Positions 11,801 to 21,500 of a stretch of 64,000 nucleotides of DNA are shown here, in pieces. A model generated the notes under the pieces. The model had not been told where the DNA came from and searched no databases. It was given only the letters and a program-made list of their open reading frames with translations. Position 1 is the first letter of the stretch; every line of letters begins with the position of its first letter. The stretch spans positions 226-64,225 of the forward strand of contig DWYB01000057.1 of the NCBI GenBank assembly GCA_019118885.1, written 5' to 3'. A program made the position numbers and the translations under genes. Source of the stretch: Candidatus Mediterraneibacter surreyensis. GTDB lineage: Bacteria > Bacillota > Clostridia > Lachnospirales > Lachnospiraceae.

Positions 11801-11895
11801 CCTGTCCCCAGGACCGTGACCGCGGCTACAGCCGTTGCAGTCAGGAGAGCCAGACCTTTTGATGCCTTTCTCTTCACATTTTTCTCCCTTTCCAT
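5863..11895 (-). CDS. GH84 beta-N-acetylglucosaminidase (NagJ/O-GlcNAcase type), multimodular and cell-wall anchored
   Basis: 2010-aa ORF. The GH84 core reads [47 protein letters not shown], with the catalytic Asp-Asp in [10 protein letters not shown]. It carries several discoidin/CBM32-like modules and about ten FIVAR-like helical repeats. The C-terminus is AVNTGD + TM + RKKRK. ATG 11895 has no RBS. The in-frame GTG at 11877 is preceded by AAGGGAG and would give [12 protein letters not shown], so it is the likelier start. Confidence 0.85.
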   Translation of the reverse strand: [2010 protein letters not shown]

Positions 11896-11896
11896 A

Positions 11897-12095
11897 TTTA
11901 TTTTACATAACTGCAGTCTCTGTTTTTTGCAGAGACTGCCTCCATTATGTAATTACTATATATTGTAACATTTTTGTAAACAATTTCCTATTTATTTATG
12001 AACAGTCGGCAGGATTCATTAAAATCACCAATTTCTCTGCCTTTCCTCACAGATCTGAAGCCTTTTTTTGTCTAAAACTGACAATGAGCCCGCGA
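11897..12095 (-). promoter_or_regulatory. Conserved upstream/leader region, copy 1 (paralogous to 24043-24235), with a probable extended -10 promoter
   Basis: About 190 nt aligns with the region upstream of the GH2 gene; the block tttattttaca..gcagag..ctgccattatgtaattactat..tattgtaacattt.tgtaaa..tatgaacag is near-identical. On the minus strand TGTTACAAT (plus 11962-11970) is conserved in both copies. A 10-bp perfect leader hairpin GCAGTCTCTG/CAGAGACTGC lies at 11913-11939. Confidence 0.45.
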
Positions 12096-12112
12096 GGACG
12101 ATTTTTAGATGA

Positions 12113-12150
12113 AATAAGAAAAACTCCCGCGCAATGGGGAGTTTTTCTTT
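12113..12150 (-). terminator. Rho-independent terminator downstream of the GH29 gene (flanks allow bidirectional action)
   Basis: The sequence is gaaaaaCTCCCgcgcaatGGGAGtttttc. The short GC stem is flanked by an A-run and a T-run, and it lies 45 nt past the GH29 stop. Confidence 0.5.
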
Positions 12151-12194
12151 AAAGCAGTCTTTTCTGTCCGGTTTCTGTCTCTCTGCTCTATTTT

Positions 12195-15100
12195 TTACTT
12201 ATTCTTTTTCGTACGGGTCCTTACCGCTGCTGTGCCTGCCGCGCATGCTGCTGCGAGAACTGCCGCCCAGAGGATCGGGCTGGTATTGTCTCCGGTCTGT
12301 ACTGCTTTATCAGCACCATTTCCGGAACCCGTGCCCGGTTTGTCTGTACCTGTACCAGGTTTGTCTCCTGTTCCAGGCTCTTCTTTGTCGATCTCTTTCA
12401 GAAGATCACGTGCATCTGTGAGCTTCTGTACAGCGTCTGCGATCTCTTCTGCTGTTGCATCCGGATCGTCATATACTGCCTGAGCTTCATCGACTACAGC
12501 CTTATAATCTTTAAGAGATTCTTCTGTGTACTTGTCTGTCTTTGCCAGGATTTCAGCCGCCTCTTTGAGTGCCGCTTCAAGCGCGCTCTTGTCCGGAACT
12601 TCCGGTTCCACGGCATCTTTCTCAAATAATGCCTCTATCGTACCGGCTGCCTCCATCGTATATGTCTCTTCCGCTCCGACTGACTCGCCGTTAATTATGA
12701 CTTCCTTGATGTGCCATCCTTCATCAGCCTTAATCGTAAATGTCTGAGCCTCTCCGACATTTACTGTAACCTCGCCTGAAGGCGTGATCGTTCCTCCTTC
12801 ACCGGCGGAAGCTGTGATCGTATATGTCTGCGGAGGTTCCGGAAGTTTCACAAGCGCCTCGATCGCTGCTTCCAGAGCGGATACCTGTGCATCCACCTGC
12901 TCCTGCTCCGCGGATTCATCACCATATACCTCTTTTGCGTCTGCAATTGCTTCTTCGAGCGCAGCGATGGACTCTGCAGTATACACGTCTGTCTTAGCGG
13001 CTTCTTCCTCTGCCTTTGCAATGGCTTCTGCAAGCGCTTCCTTATTGACCTCAGGCACATCAGTCTTTTCTTTTACCAGGACAACGTCAAATTTGTCAAG
13101 CTGCGGTGCATTCTTCGTGCCTGCCAGGAATGTCACAGCTCCGGCTCCCGGTGTTTCAACTTCCCATGTAAGTACAACTGTATGCGTTGCAGTTGCATTT
13201 TCTTCTGCTTCAACAGAATCCAGGGAACCATCTGCAATCTTTCCGTCTTTCTCTGTCCATGTCATGGAGTTGTTCGTGTCGCCGCTTCTGTATTGAAGTG
13301 TTGCTTCATAAGTACCTGCCTTCTCAGCTGTATAATACAGCACAACGCTGTCACCGGCATTCATGGCATTCACGAATTTGCCATTGCTTGCCCAAGCTGC
13401 TTCTGATACCTGGAGCGGCCATGCCTCTCCCGTTCCGGTGTTTTGGAGAATCATTTTCTCTGCTTCCAGAGTAACAGGTGTGCCATTTACCTCTGTCGGG
13501 AATACGAACGGATTCTTCTCTGTGTACTGATCCGAATCTTCCCTGATCTCCTCAAAGGTTACGACTACCGCTGTGTCCTCATTGATATTGCTTAACGTAT
13601 AAGTGCCATTCTCCTTATCCACATCGTCGATAACGGAGGTTCCATTTACTGTCACGTCGCTGATCTCATAACCTTCATTCGGCATAATTGTAAAGTCTAC
13701 GCTGCCGCCAGCCTCAACTTCTGCGCTTTCCGGTGTGATCGTTCCGTTTCCGCCGTCAACGGAAGCTGTCACTGTATACTCTTCCGGCTCTACCGGTCCT
13801 GAACCTTTTGCAGTGATCTCGAACTTATCAACTCGCGGAGATTTGTCGCCTTCCGGCGCTGTAAATGTCCATACGCCTGTGCCGTCTTCCGTAACTGTGA
13901 CCTCAAATGTAGCTGTCACGAACTCGTTTGCATTTGTATTTCCAGCGGACACCTGTCCTGACTCAATCGTTCCGTCGCTGTCCCATACAAGCTTGTTGGT
14001 TGCAGAACCACTGCTGTATATAGCTTTGACTTCATATGTGCCTGCCTTTGCAGTATACGGAACAGAGATATAGTCGCCCGGTTCAAACGCGTTGATATAG
14101 GTTGCGCCTTCATCCCATGCCCCTGCGCTGCCATTGGTGATTCCCATCTTATACCGCTCTGTATCACCGTTCACATTAAACAGGGTAAAGTCTTCTGCTT
14201 CCAGTGTCGCCGTATCTGTTCCTGTCGGGAACTCAAACGGCTCGCCTACTGTATAGCCGGTCTTCTCAAATTCCGCTTTCACTACCTGATCCTGAGTGAT
14301 ATTGGAAATAGTGTAGCTTACATTGTATTTGTGGAAGCTGGTGATCTCGTTGCCATTTACTTCCAGAGAAGTTAACGTAAATCCGTAATTCGGTGTGATC
14401 GTAATGTCAACACTCTCGCCCCGGTCTACGGTCTCCTTGCTTGGCGTAAGAGTTCCGCCGGCTCCGCCTACAACCTCTGTCCTTACATTGTAAGAAATGT
14501 ATGCAAGGTTGTCGATTTTTTCCTTAAGTTTTTCAACCACCTGGTCAGCTACTGACTGTGTAGTATAAGGATCTTCAAATACTGTCTTTGCGTTTACCAG
14601 CACCGCCTCAAGGTCTGCTCTTGTCTCTTGAGAATATGTATTCTCTTTGGCAAGTTCTCTCTCTGCATCCTGAATTGCGATTTCAAGATCAGTCTTATCT
14701 GCGATCTTATCTACTTCTTCTGTAAGAACAATATCAAACTTGTCAAGCTGTGGAGAATTACCGCTCGGTCCGGTAAAAATCCAGACTCCTGCGCCCGGTT
14801 TTGTAACTGTAACTGTAAAGTCAACAGTCCTTGTTGTTCCCTGTCCATTATTTTCGCTCGGAGTTGCAACTGTGTTTCCGCCTTCACCTTCGATCAGTCC
14901 TTCCGGCTCTGTGCTCCATGCGAGGCTGTTTACAGTAGATCCGCTTCTGTAAGTTGCCGTGATCTTATATGTTCCTATCTTCTCTGCAAAATACGGTACA
15001 GAGATCACATCGTTCTCATTGAGCGAATCTACGAATTTTCCATTACTTGCCCACTCTGCCTCTGATACCTGAAGCGGCCATCTCTCGTTATCCCCTGTAT

Positions 15101-18100
15101 TCTGCAGAGTAAAGTATTCTGCTTCCAATGTCGCAGTATCATCTTCTTCTGTCGGGAACTGGAATCTGTTCGCTTCTGTATAATTAGCAAAGCTGAACAT
15201 TACATTTACTTTGATGTCACTTTGTACGTCAGATACTGTGTATTTCCCTTCCTGAACATTTTCCGTAACATCGCTTCCGCCAACCAGTACCTGGCTGATC
15301 TCATATCCCGAATCCGGTGTGATCGTAATATCAAAGCTGCCGCCCTGTACCACCTGGTCTGCTGAAACATCAACACTTCCGCCCGTTGTTGCAGATGCAG
15401 TGATATCAAAGGTTGAAACAATATCCTTTGGCGTGATGTCTAAGTAATCGATATTAGGACCTTCTTGTGAATCTGTCGCTATCTTCATGACACCCGGCCC
15501 TGCGGTCGTCACATTAATCTCAAATGATCCCAGATTCTCATATGCCGGATTGCTGGCATTTGTTCCATTGAAGTCCTGAGTCACCTGAGCAAAATTGTTA
15601 TTCTCTTCTGAGACAATCAGACGGTTCGGATTGGAACTCGTTCTGCCGCTCTGTCCCTGTACTGTAACAGTATATGTTCCGGTTGTCGGAGCATTATAGT
15701 ATACATACATTACATTGTCAGGCTTAAACCAAGATACAGCCATCCCATTTGAATAAGCGTCGCTCTCAGCTTTGACAAAATCATGTGTTTCTCCGTTTAC
15801 CAGTTCAAACAGCTCTGCCTCTGCCCTTACTGTCACTCCCTGTTTTGCCGGTAATACAAGCGGGTCTTCTGCGGTGAACTGTGTACGTTTCTGCAGATTG
15901 TTCTTTGCATTCTCGAGTGCCGCATAAGCCTTACCCATCTCCAATGCATCCGGGGTTTCCTGTGCAAGAAGCACATTGGCAGCTGCAAGAGCACTCTCGA
16001 ATGACGACCAGTCGCCTGAATATACATCTTTGCTCCAGCCGCTCACTGAATCAACCAGTTCCTGAAGCTGCTCTTTTGTCATTGACTCTGCATCCAGAAT
16101 ATTTACTGTCGCCGTGTCAATAAAGCCGAGTATCAGTCCTGTGCTCGGGGAATTCAGCTCAATCGTGAAGTCCTGTGTTCCCGTTGTATTCGTATTTCTT
16201 CTGGTTGTAACCGGCACAGTTGTCTCGCTCTCGCCGTCCGCAAGTGTTACAACTACCGGCTCTGTATAGAAGTCGTCCTGAATCGCGCTTCCCGGGTTCG
16301 GGGAAAGGTACGCTTTGATACGTCCGTTTGTTCCTCCGACTCTGGTGATCTTCACGTTCATGGTCTCGTCTTCGTTCATTGTGAACTCGTCGGCTTCCAG
16401 ACCGATCATTCCGACTCCGCCGTTATTGATCACATAAGCAGCCTCGATTCCGACCGCTTTCGTAGCTACAGTCAGTGTCAGTGTATGCGGACCGTCATCC
16501 AGATCCTCAGAACTGAACCATATCTGTCCTGTAGCTCTCTCCGATGCCGAAGTATCTACTGTGACCGGATCGCCTCCATCTATGCTGATCGTCGCCTGTC
16601 CGTGGTTCGGATCTGTTGTTCCTACCAGATAGACTTTCGATCCGGTAAAGTTCAAAGTAAGAGAAGATCCTGCATTTGCCCAGCGGTTTGTCTCATTGAC
16701 AAAGTTCGTGCCGGTCTCTTTTGTCCATGTGCCTGTGAAAGCAAATCCTGTTCCGTCGGATGTATCTGTATCCTCGATATCAATTACATCCATACCTGTC
16801 GGAGCTGACGCCGCAAGCTCGAATCCTTCGGACGCTTTATAAACACCTACCTCGCTGATCATCGGAACTTTACCATCTGTCGTTGAAACAGTGATCTTGA
16901 TCTGATCTGCTGTTACAGCGGACGTCCTTACCAGTCTCTTTGCTCCGATTGTCTCGCCTTCATCAAGAACCGTCCATGCGCCGCTGCCGTTGCGATACTC
17001 TACTTTGTAGCTGTTAATGCGCTGTCCGTTCTGGATCGCTTCCTCGATGGAAACAACGTCGAACTTCTTAGATGAACCAAGATCGATCAGAAGGCTGCCT
17101 TCATTTGTGCCGTCATTTGTCGTCCAGTAAGTATCGTCATTGCCATCTACTGTATTGCCCGGCTTAAAAGCTGTATCGCTGCCGCGTACGTCAGAAGCTT
17201 TTACCTCAGCTCCGTCAGCAGCCGCCATATTCTCATCAAAAGTATCTTTGATATTCTGTCCGAACTCTGCCACTCTGTTCAGAATTGCCTCATCCACTGT
17301 ACCCTGATTATTCGGAGGAATGTTCAGGAGCAGCGGCGAGTTGTGTCCTACGGAATTGAAATACATCGTTCCGAGAGCCTCAATAGACTTCGGAGCCGCT
17401 TTTGTCGTTCCCCAGAACCATCCGGATGTGATACGGGCGTCAGCTTCCGGTACTGTCCACTGATTTCCGTTTTCCCATCCTAAAGTGTAGCCGCCCTGGC
17501 TGTTGCTGTTGATCGTGTTATTCTCATAATCCACGATTGATTTGGACCATGTGTTTTTGTCTGCATAGCCGTTCTCATTGCCGATCCAGCGCACGGTCGT
17601 ATATGCCTGCGCGCCGAACAGCATACAGTCGGCATCGTATCCGGCCTCTTCTCCTTCGTATTTCTGAATCGTAGAAAACCATTTTTCGAAGTCATACTCC
17701 TGCGCGTTGGCGCCGCTTCCTTTTGCGCCATCCATCCATACTTCTACGAAGTGACCGTCATTTCCATATTTGTCATCTCCGAGGATCTCCTCGAGCTGGT
17801 TATTATAATATTCATTATAATCCAGAACATCTTTGTCCGCTGTTGTCGGATTTCCGTCCTCATCATAATAACCATAGCTGTCATCATGGATATCCCATGG
17901 AGAAAGGTAAAGTCCCATGTCAATGTCATACTCTGTACACGCCTCAGAGATCTCTGCCAGGATATCTCTTTCGCCGTCCTCATTTACCACGGGATAATTT
18001 GTTGCTGCGTCTACATCGTAATCTGTGTAGTCGCTTGCCCAGATACAAAATCCGTCATGATGCTTTGCCGTTACGATAAGTTTGTGGAATCCGGCATCTT

Positions 18101-18440
18101 TAATGGCGCTTACCAGTGTATCTGCATCAAAATCCTTTGTCAGCGTAAATATCTCATTTGGTGTGCTGTCTCCATAATGCTCGCCCCACTCAATCTCGTT
18201 AAATGTGTTTGGACCAAAGTGACAAAACGCTGCCAGCTCTTCCTTTTGATAATTATACTGGTTTTCATTCGGCAGTACGTCATCCGCCGCGGGCTCTGCT
18301 GTGGAATTATCCTGGAGTTCGCTGTCTCCGATCCACTCATCCGCTGCCTGTACCGCCGGGATCCCGGTGCCGAAAAACGTGGTTGCTGTCATCGCCGCAG
18401 CCGTCAGGACTGCCAGGCTTCTTGCTGTTTTCTTTTTCAC
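12195..18440 (-). CDS. GH29 alpha-L-fucosidase, multimodular and cell-wall anchored
   Basis: 2081-aa ORF with a GTG start and a GGAG RBS 6 nt upstream. GH29 core motifs are FCHFGPNTFNEIEWG and VTAKHHDGFCIWASDYTDYDV. It has a discoidin module (NTVDGNDDTYWTTNDG), a Calx-beta-like segment, and a reiterated [CBM6/35-like + B-repeat] unit. The C-terminus is AVQTGD + TM + basic tail. Confidence 0.85.
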   Translation of the reverse strand: MKKKTARSLAVLTAAAMTATTFFGTGIPAVQAADEWIGDSELQDNSTAEPAADDVLPNENQYNYQKEELAAFCHFGPNTFNEIEWGEHYGDSTPNEIFTLTKDFDADTLVSAIKDAGFHKLIVTAKHHDGFCIWASDYTDYDVDAATNYPVVNEDGERDILAEISEACTEYDIDMGLYLSPWDIHDDSYGYYDEDGNPTTADKDVLDYNEYYNNQLEEILGDDKYGNDGHFVEVWMDGAKGSGANAQEYDFEKWFSTIQKYEGEEAGYDADCMLFGAQAYTTVRWIGNENGYADKNTWSKSIVDYENNTINSNSQGGYTLGWENGNQWTVPEADARITSGWFWGTTKAAPKSIEALGTMYFNSVGHNSPLLLNIPPNNQGTVDEAILNRVAEFGQNIKDTFDENMAAADGAEVKASDVRGSDTAFKPGNTVDGNDDTYWTTNDGTNEGSLLIDLGSSKKFDVVSIEEAIQNGQRINSYKVEYRNGSGAWTVLDEGETIGAKRLVRTSAVTADQIKITVSTTDGKVPMISEVGVYKASEGFELAASAPTGMDVIDIEDTDTSDGTGFAFTGTWTKETGTNFVNETNRWANAGSSLTLNFTGSKVYLVGTTDPNHGQATISIDGGDPVTVDTSASERATGQIWFSSEDLDDGPHTLTLTVATKAVGIEAAYVINNGGVGMIGLEADEFTMNEDETMNVKITRVGGTNGRIKAYLSPNPGSAIQDDFYTEPVVVTLADGESETTVPVTTRRNTNTTGTQDFTIELNSPSTGLILGFIDTATVNILDAESMTKEQLQELVDSVSGWSKDVYSGDWSSFESALAAANVLLAQETPDALEMGKAYAALENAKNNLQKRTQFTAEDPLVLPAKQGVTVRAEAELFELVNGETHDFVKAESDAYSNGMAVSWFKPDNVMYVYYNAPTTGTYTVTVQGQSGRTSSNPNRLIVSEENNNFAQVTQDFNGTNASNPAYENLGSFEINVTTAGPGVMKIATDSQEGPNIDYLDITPKDIVSTFDITASATTGGSVDVSADQVVQGGSFDITITPDSGYEISQVLVGGSDVTENVQEGKYTVSDVQSDIKVNVMFSFANYTEANRFQFPTEEDDTATLEAEYFTLQNTGDNERWPLQVSEAEWASNGKFVDSLNENDVISVPYFAEKIGTYKITATYRSGSTVNSLAWSTEPEGLIEGEGGNTVATPSENNGQGTTRTVDFTVTVTKPGAGVWIFTGPSGNSPQLDKFDIVLTEEVDKIADKTDLEIAIQDAERELAKENTYSQETRADLEAVLVNAKTVFEDPYTTQSVADQVVEKLKEKIDNLAYISYNVRTEVVGGAGGTLTPSKETVDRGESVDITITPNYGFTLTSLEVNGNEITSFHKYNVSYTISNITQDQVVKAEFEKTGYTVGEPFEFPTGTDTATLEAEDFTLFNVNGDTERYKMGITNGSAGAWDEGATYINAFEPGDYISVPYTAKAGTYEVKAIYSSGSATNKLVWDSDGTIESGQVSAGNTNANEFVTATFEVTVTEDGTGVWTFTAPEGDKSPRVDKFEITAKGSGPVEPEEYTVTASVDGGNGTITPESAEVEAGGSVDFTIMPNEGYEISDVTVNGTSVIDDVDKENGTYTLSNINEDTAVVVTFEEIREDSDQYTEKNPFVFPTEVNGTPVTLEAEKMILQNTGTGEAWPLQVSEAAWASNGKFVNAMNAGDSVVLYYTAEKAGTYEATLQYRSGDTNNSMTWTEKDGKIADGSLDSVEAEENATATHTVVLTWEVETPGAGAVTFLAGTKNAPQLDKFDVVLVKEKTDVPEVNKEALAEAIAKAEEEAAKTDVYTAESIAALEEAIADAKEVYGDESAEQEQVDAQVSALEAAIEALVKLPEPPQTYTITASAGEGGTITPSGEVTVNVGEAQTFTIKADEGWHIKEVIINGESVGAEETYTMEAAGTIEALFEKDAVEPEVPDKSALEAALKEAAEILAKTDKYTEESLKDYKAVVDEAQAVYDDPDATAEEIADAVQKLTDARDLLKEIDKEEPGTGDKPGTGTDKPGTGSGNGADKAVQTGDNTSPILWAAVLAAACAAGTAAVRTRTKKNK

Positions 18441-18552
18441 GTATTTCTCCTTTTTGAATCACGATCAATCTGCTGCTTTTCTGCCGGCAGAGCAGAGACG
18501 CCGTATCTGCCGTCCCTGTCCTGCCCTGCATACGGTCAGTTTTCTGACCTTA

Positions 18553-21500
18553 TTATTTCTCTGTTCTTCTCTTCTTTCCTGCGGTCACTAACGCCGCTCC
18601 CGCAAGGGCCGCTGCTGCCGCCCACAGTGCTGCATTTGATGTATCGCCTGTCTGCACTGCCTTGTCGCCGCCTGTCTGGCTGCCGCTTCCGGAATCGGTC
18701 TGGCTGCCGCCTGCTGTAGAACCGCCGCCAGGATTCTGCTGGTCATCTCCACTGCCGGAGCCGCCTGCCAGTCTGAGAAGTTCCTTTGCAGCTTCAAGGT
18801 CTTTCATAGCCTGAACCTTCTCTGCCGCGGATGCATTATCATCCTCAAGGATTGCCTTCAGCTCTGCTACGCGGGCGCTGTATGCTTCCAGAGACTCTGC
18901 AGTATACTTATCTGTCTGAGCCATAATCTGGTCTGCTTCCGCCATCGCCGCATCGATCTCAGCCTGAGTCGGCGGGATCACCTGCTGTTTTTCCGATACT
19001 GTGATATCAAATGTCGTTGTCTTGCCCGCATACTCTACAGTCACAACAGTCATATCTGTCGTAAGCGCTGTTCCCAGAGCCGGTGTGAACGTAAAGTCCG
19101 CTGCCGTTTCATCTGAATATATCACTTTCTCTGTCGTATCGTTATTGTAGATAAGCTCAAGTACCAGGCCTGACGGATCGAGGGTTTCGCCCTCTGTATA
19201 GTTCTTCTTGCATGGTGTCGTGATCTGTATCCCGGTCAGCTCCGGCTCTGCCGATTCTGTAACTTTGATCGTAAACTCTGCTTCCGCAGTTCCGGTATAC
19301 CCGTACTGTCCGAGGCCTGTGACAATCGCTGTCGCGATCCCGTCTGAAGTGTTATTCTCGTAAGATACAACGTAGTCAATGCCATATCTGAGCTTTGTAT
19401 CACCGAGCATTACTGTGATCTCTTCCTCTGTCAGGGTCACCGGATGCTCCTTATCCGCAACTGCAACTTCCTTCACATCCGGTACATATACGTCCGCCCC
19501 GCTGATGTCTGTCAGCTCTGCGGCCATTCTCAGCCTGATCTCAGCCGCGCTCATGAACTTGTCATTGCCGGAATCGCCGTATGTATGCACTCCTGTAAGA
19601 CGTACATATTTTGCTGCCGCCGGCTCATTGAAGACTGCCAGCTTCCACCCCGCTGTGTTCTCCCAGTTTCCTGTGGATACGGTCGTCCACGTCTTGCCGT
19701 CTGTGCTTACTTCAACCTTGTACTCATTGACACGGCCGTTCGGGCTTCCGTCACGTCCGTAGTAGCGAAGTGCGTCGAGCATGGTCTCTTCTTCCAGCTC
19801 AAGGGTGATCCAGAGATCCTCTTTCGGAGGAAGTGTCTGCCAGTTTGTATGCCACCATGTCCCAAGGTTATTATCCACCGCGTTGGATGCAGGTCCTTCG
19901 TTCCCGCTTCCCGGATGTTCACTTCCGGCTGTCGCCGTTGTCTTAGTATAGTCATAATCTCTGCTTCCATCAGCAGCGTCATTATCTCCCGCTGACACAT
20001 CCGCACCGAGATTGACCGTAAATGTATTTCTCTCGCTGTGGTCCTCGGACTCAATGATCAGGATCTTCTGACCTTCGTAAACCGGAAGTTCTGTCACAGC
20101 CGCATTCTCTGATGTCTCATACGCAAGGCTGCCGATAACGACTGCCTCTGTATTGAACACGCCTGCCTCAAGATCATCCGCGCTTACATCCAGTCCGTTG
20201 ACTGTCATGGATGTGAACTCTGCTCCTGAATTCGTTGTATAGGATCCTGTCCACTCGTTGATCACAACTTCTGTGATCCCTGTACACGGAGTTCCGCCGC
20301 CCTGACGGGTCTCCGCATTCTTTACATAAAGCTTCACATAGGTAGCCGTAGCCGGGTCAAAGGTATAGGTATACGGTTTCACCCGGTCTGAGCTTTCATT
20401 CTCAGCGATCGTTTCCTTTGTATTAAGCAGCGTCCAGCTTCCTTCCTCTCCGGTCTCTGAGATATAGATCTGCGTTGTCCCCGCATCCGGGAATGTCATG
20501 GAGCTGTTATCTCTTGCGAAATAAACTGTGATCTGTCCGATCCTCTGCTGGGTGTCATACCGGAATGTGATCTCCGCGTCATTGTCCCCGTGCTGAACTG
20601 AACTCGACCAGTTGCTCCATGCAGTCGGGTTCGCGCCGCCGCTTGTGTTGTCACTGATCTCTGTCTTTCCGTCTTTGATCGCGTCAAGCGTATCTGACTG
20701 CTGTCCTTCCGGGATATCCTGGCTCAGATATGCAGCGCCCGCGACATTATCGCCGATGGTGACCTGCTGCTCCTGCACGCGCACCGACGCTGTAACCGTC
20801 AGCTCCTGTCCGAGTACATTTGCCGTACCTGCCAGTTTCACTGTGCCGGCCTCGGTATAGCTGCCGTCCGGCTCGCCCCATGTCACCGGGAAGGATGCGC
20901 TGATCACTTCTCCGTTCTGGAGCACTGCCGGCCTGGTATCCGGGAGAGTCGGTTCCTGTCCCACCGGAACTGTGGTGGAGTAGTTGAGAAGCGCCGCCAC
21001 CTGGTCGATCATGTTGACCGTCACGGAAACTTTATCGCCTTTCTCTGTCACGCCTGTCACAAAGAACGTGCCTGTCTGTGCAGTCTGGTCTTCAGAGATC
21101 TCATCCCATCCGACTGTTACGTCTTCCTCTGTTCCATCCGAGTATACTGCTTTTACTGTGTCCGGAAGCTGCGGCATATTGCCCGCCTTTACATAATAAT
21201 TCCTGGACATCAGGTAATAGCTCAGCACAGTATCGCCTGTCCCTGCGTCAACAGGTACGGTCTTAACTGTCACTGCCGCGGACTCAAGCCCTTCCGCGCT
21301 TGCAGTTACTGTAAACTCGCCTGCTGTCTTTGTGGACTGTACGATCGCCACCAGAGAACCGCTGAATGCGTCCCTGTTATTATCCTGGTAGGACTGATGG
21401 TCATCCTGTTTTCCATTGTCCACGCCGACGAGCTTACCGTCGCCTTCTACCGTGAACTTCACATTGTTATCTGCATCCGGTACGATATTTCCGTCCTTGT

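Noticed and set aside
18441-18552. A terminator between GH2 and GH29
   Set aside because: Only short stems are present (GGTCAG..CTGACC; CCGTAT..ATACGG) with no T-tract, so read-through (one operon) seems as likely. It was not called as a feature.
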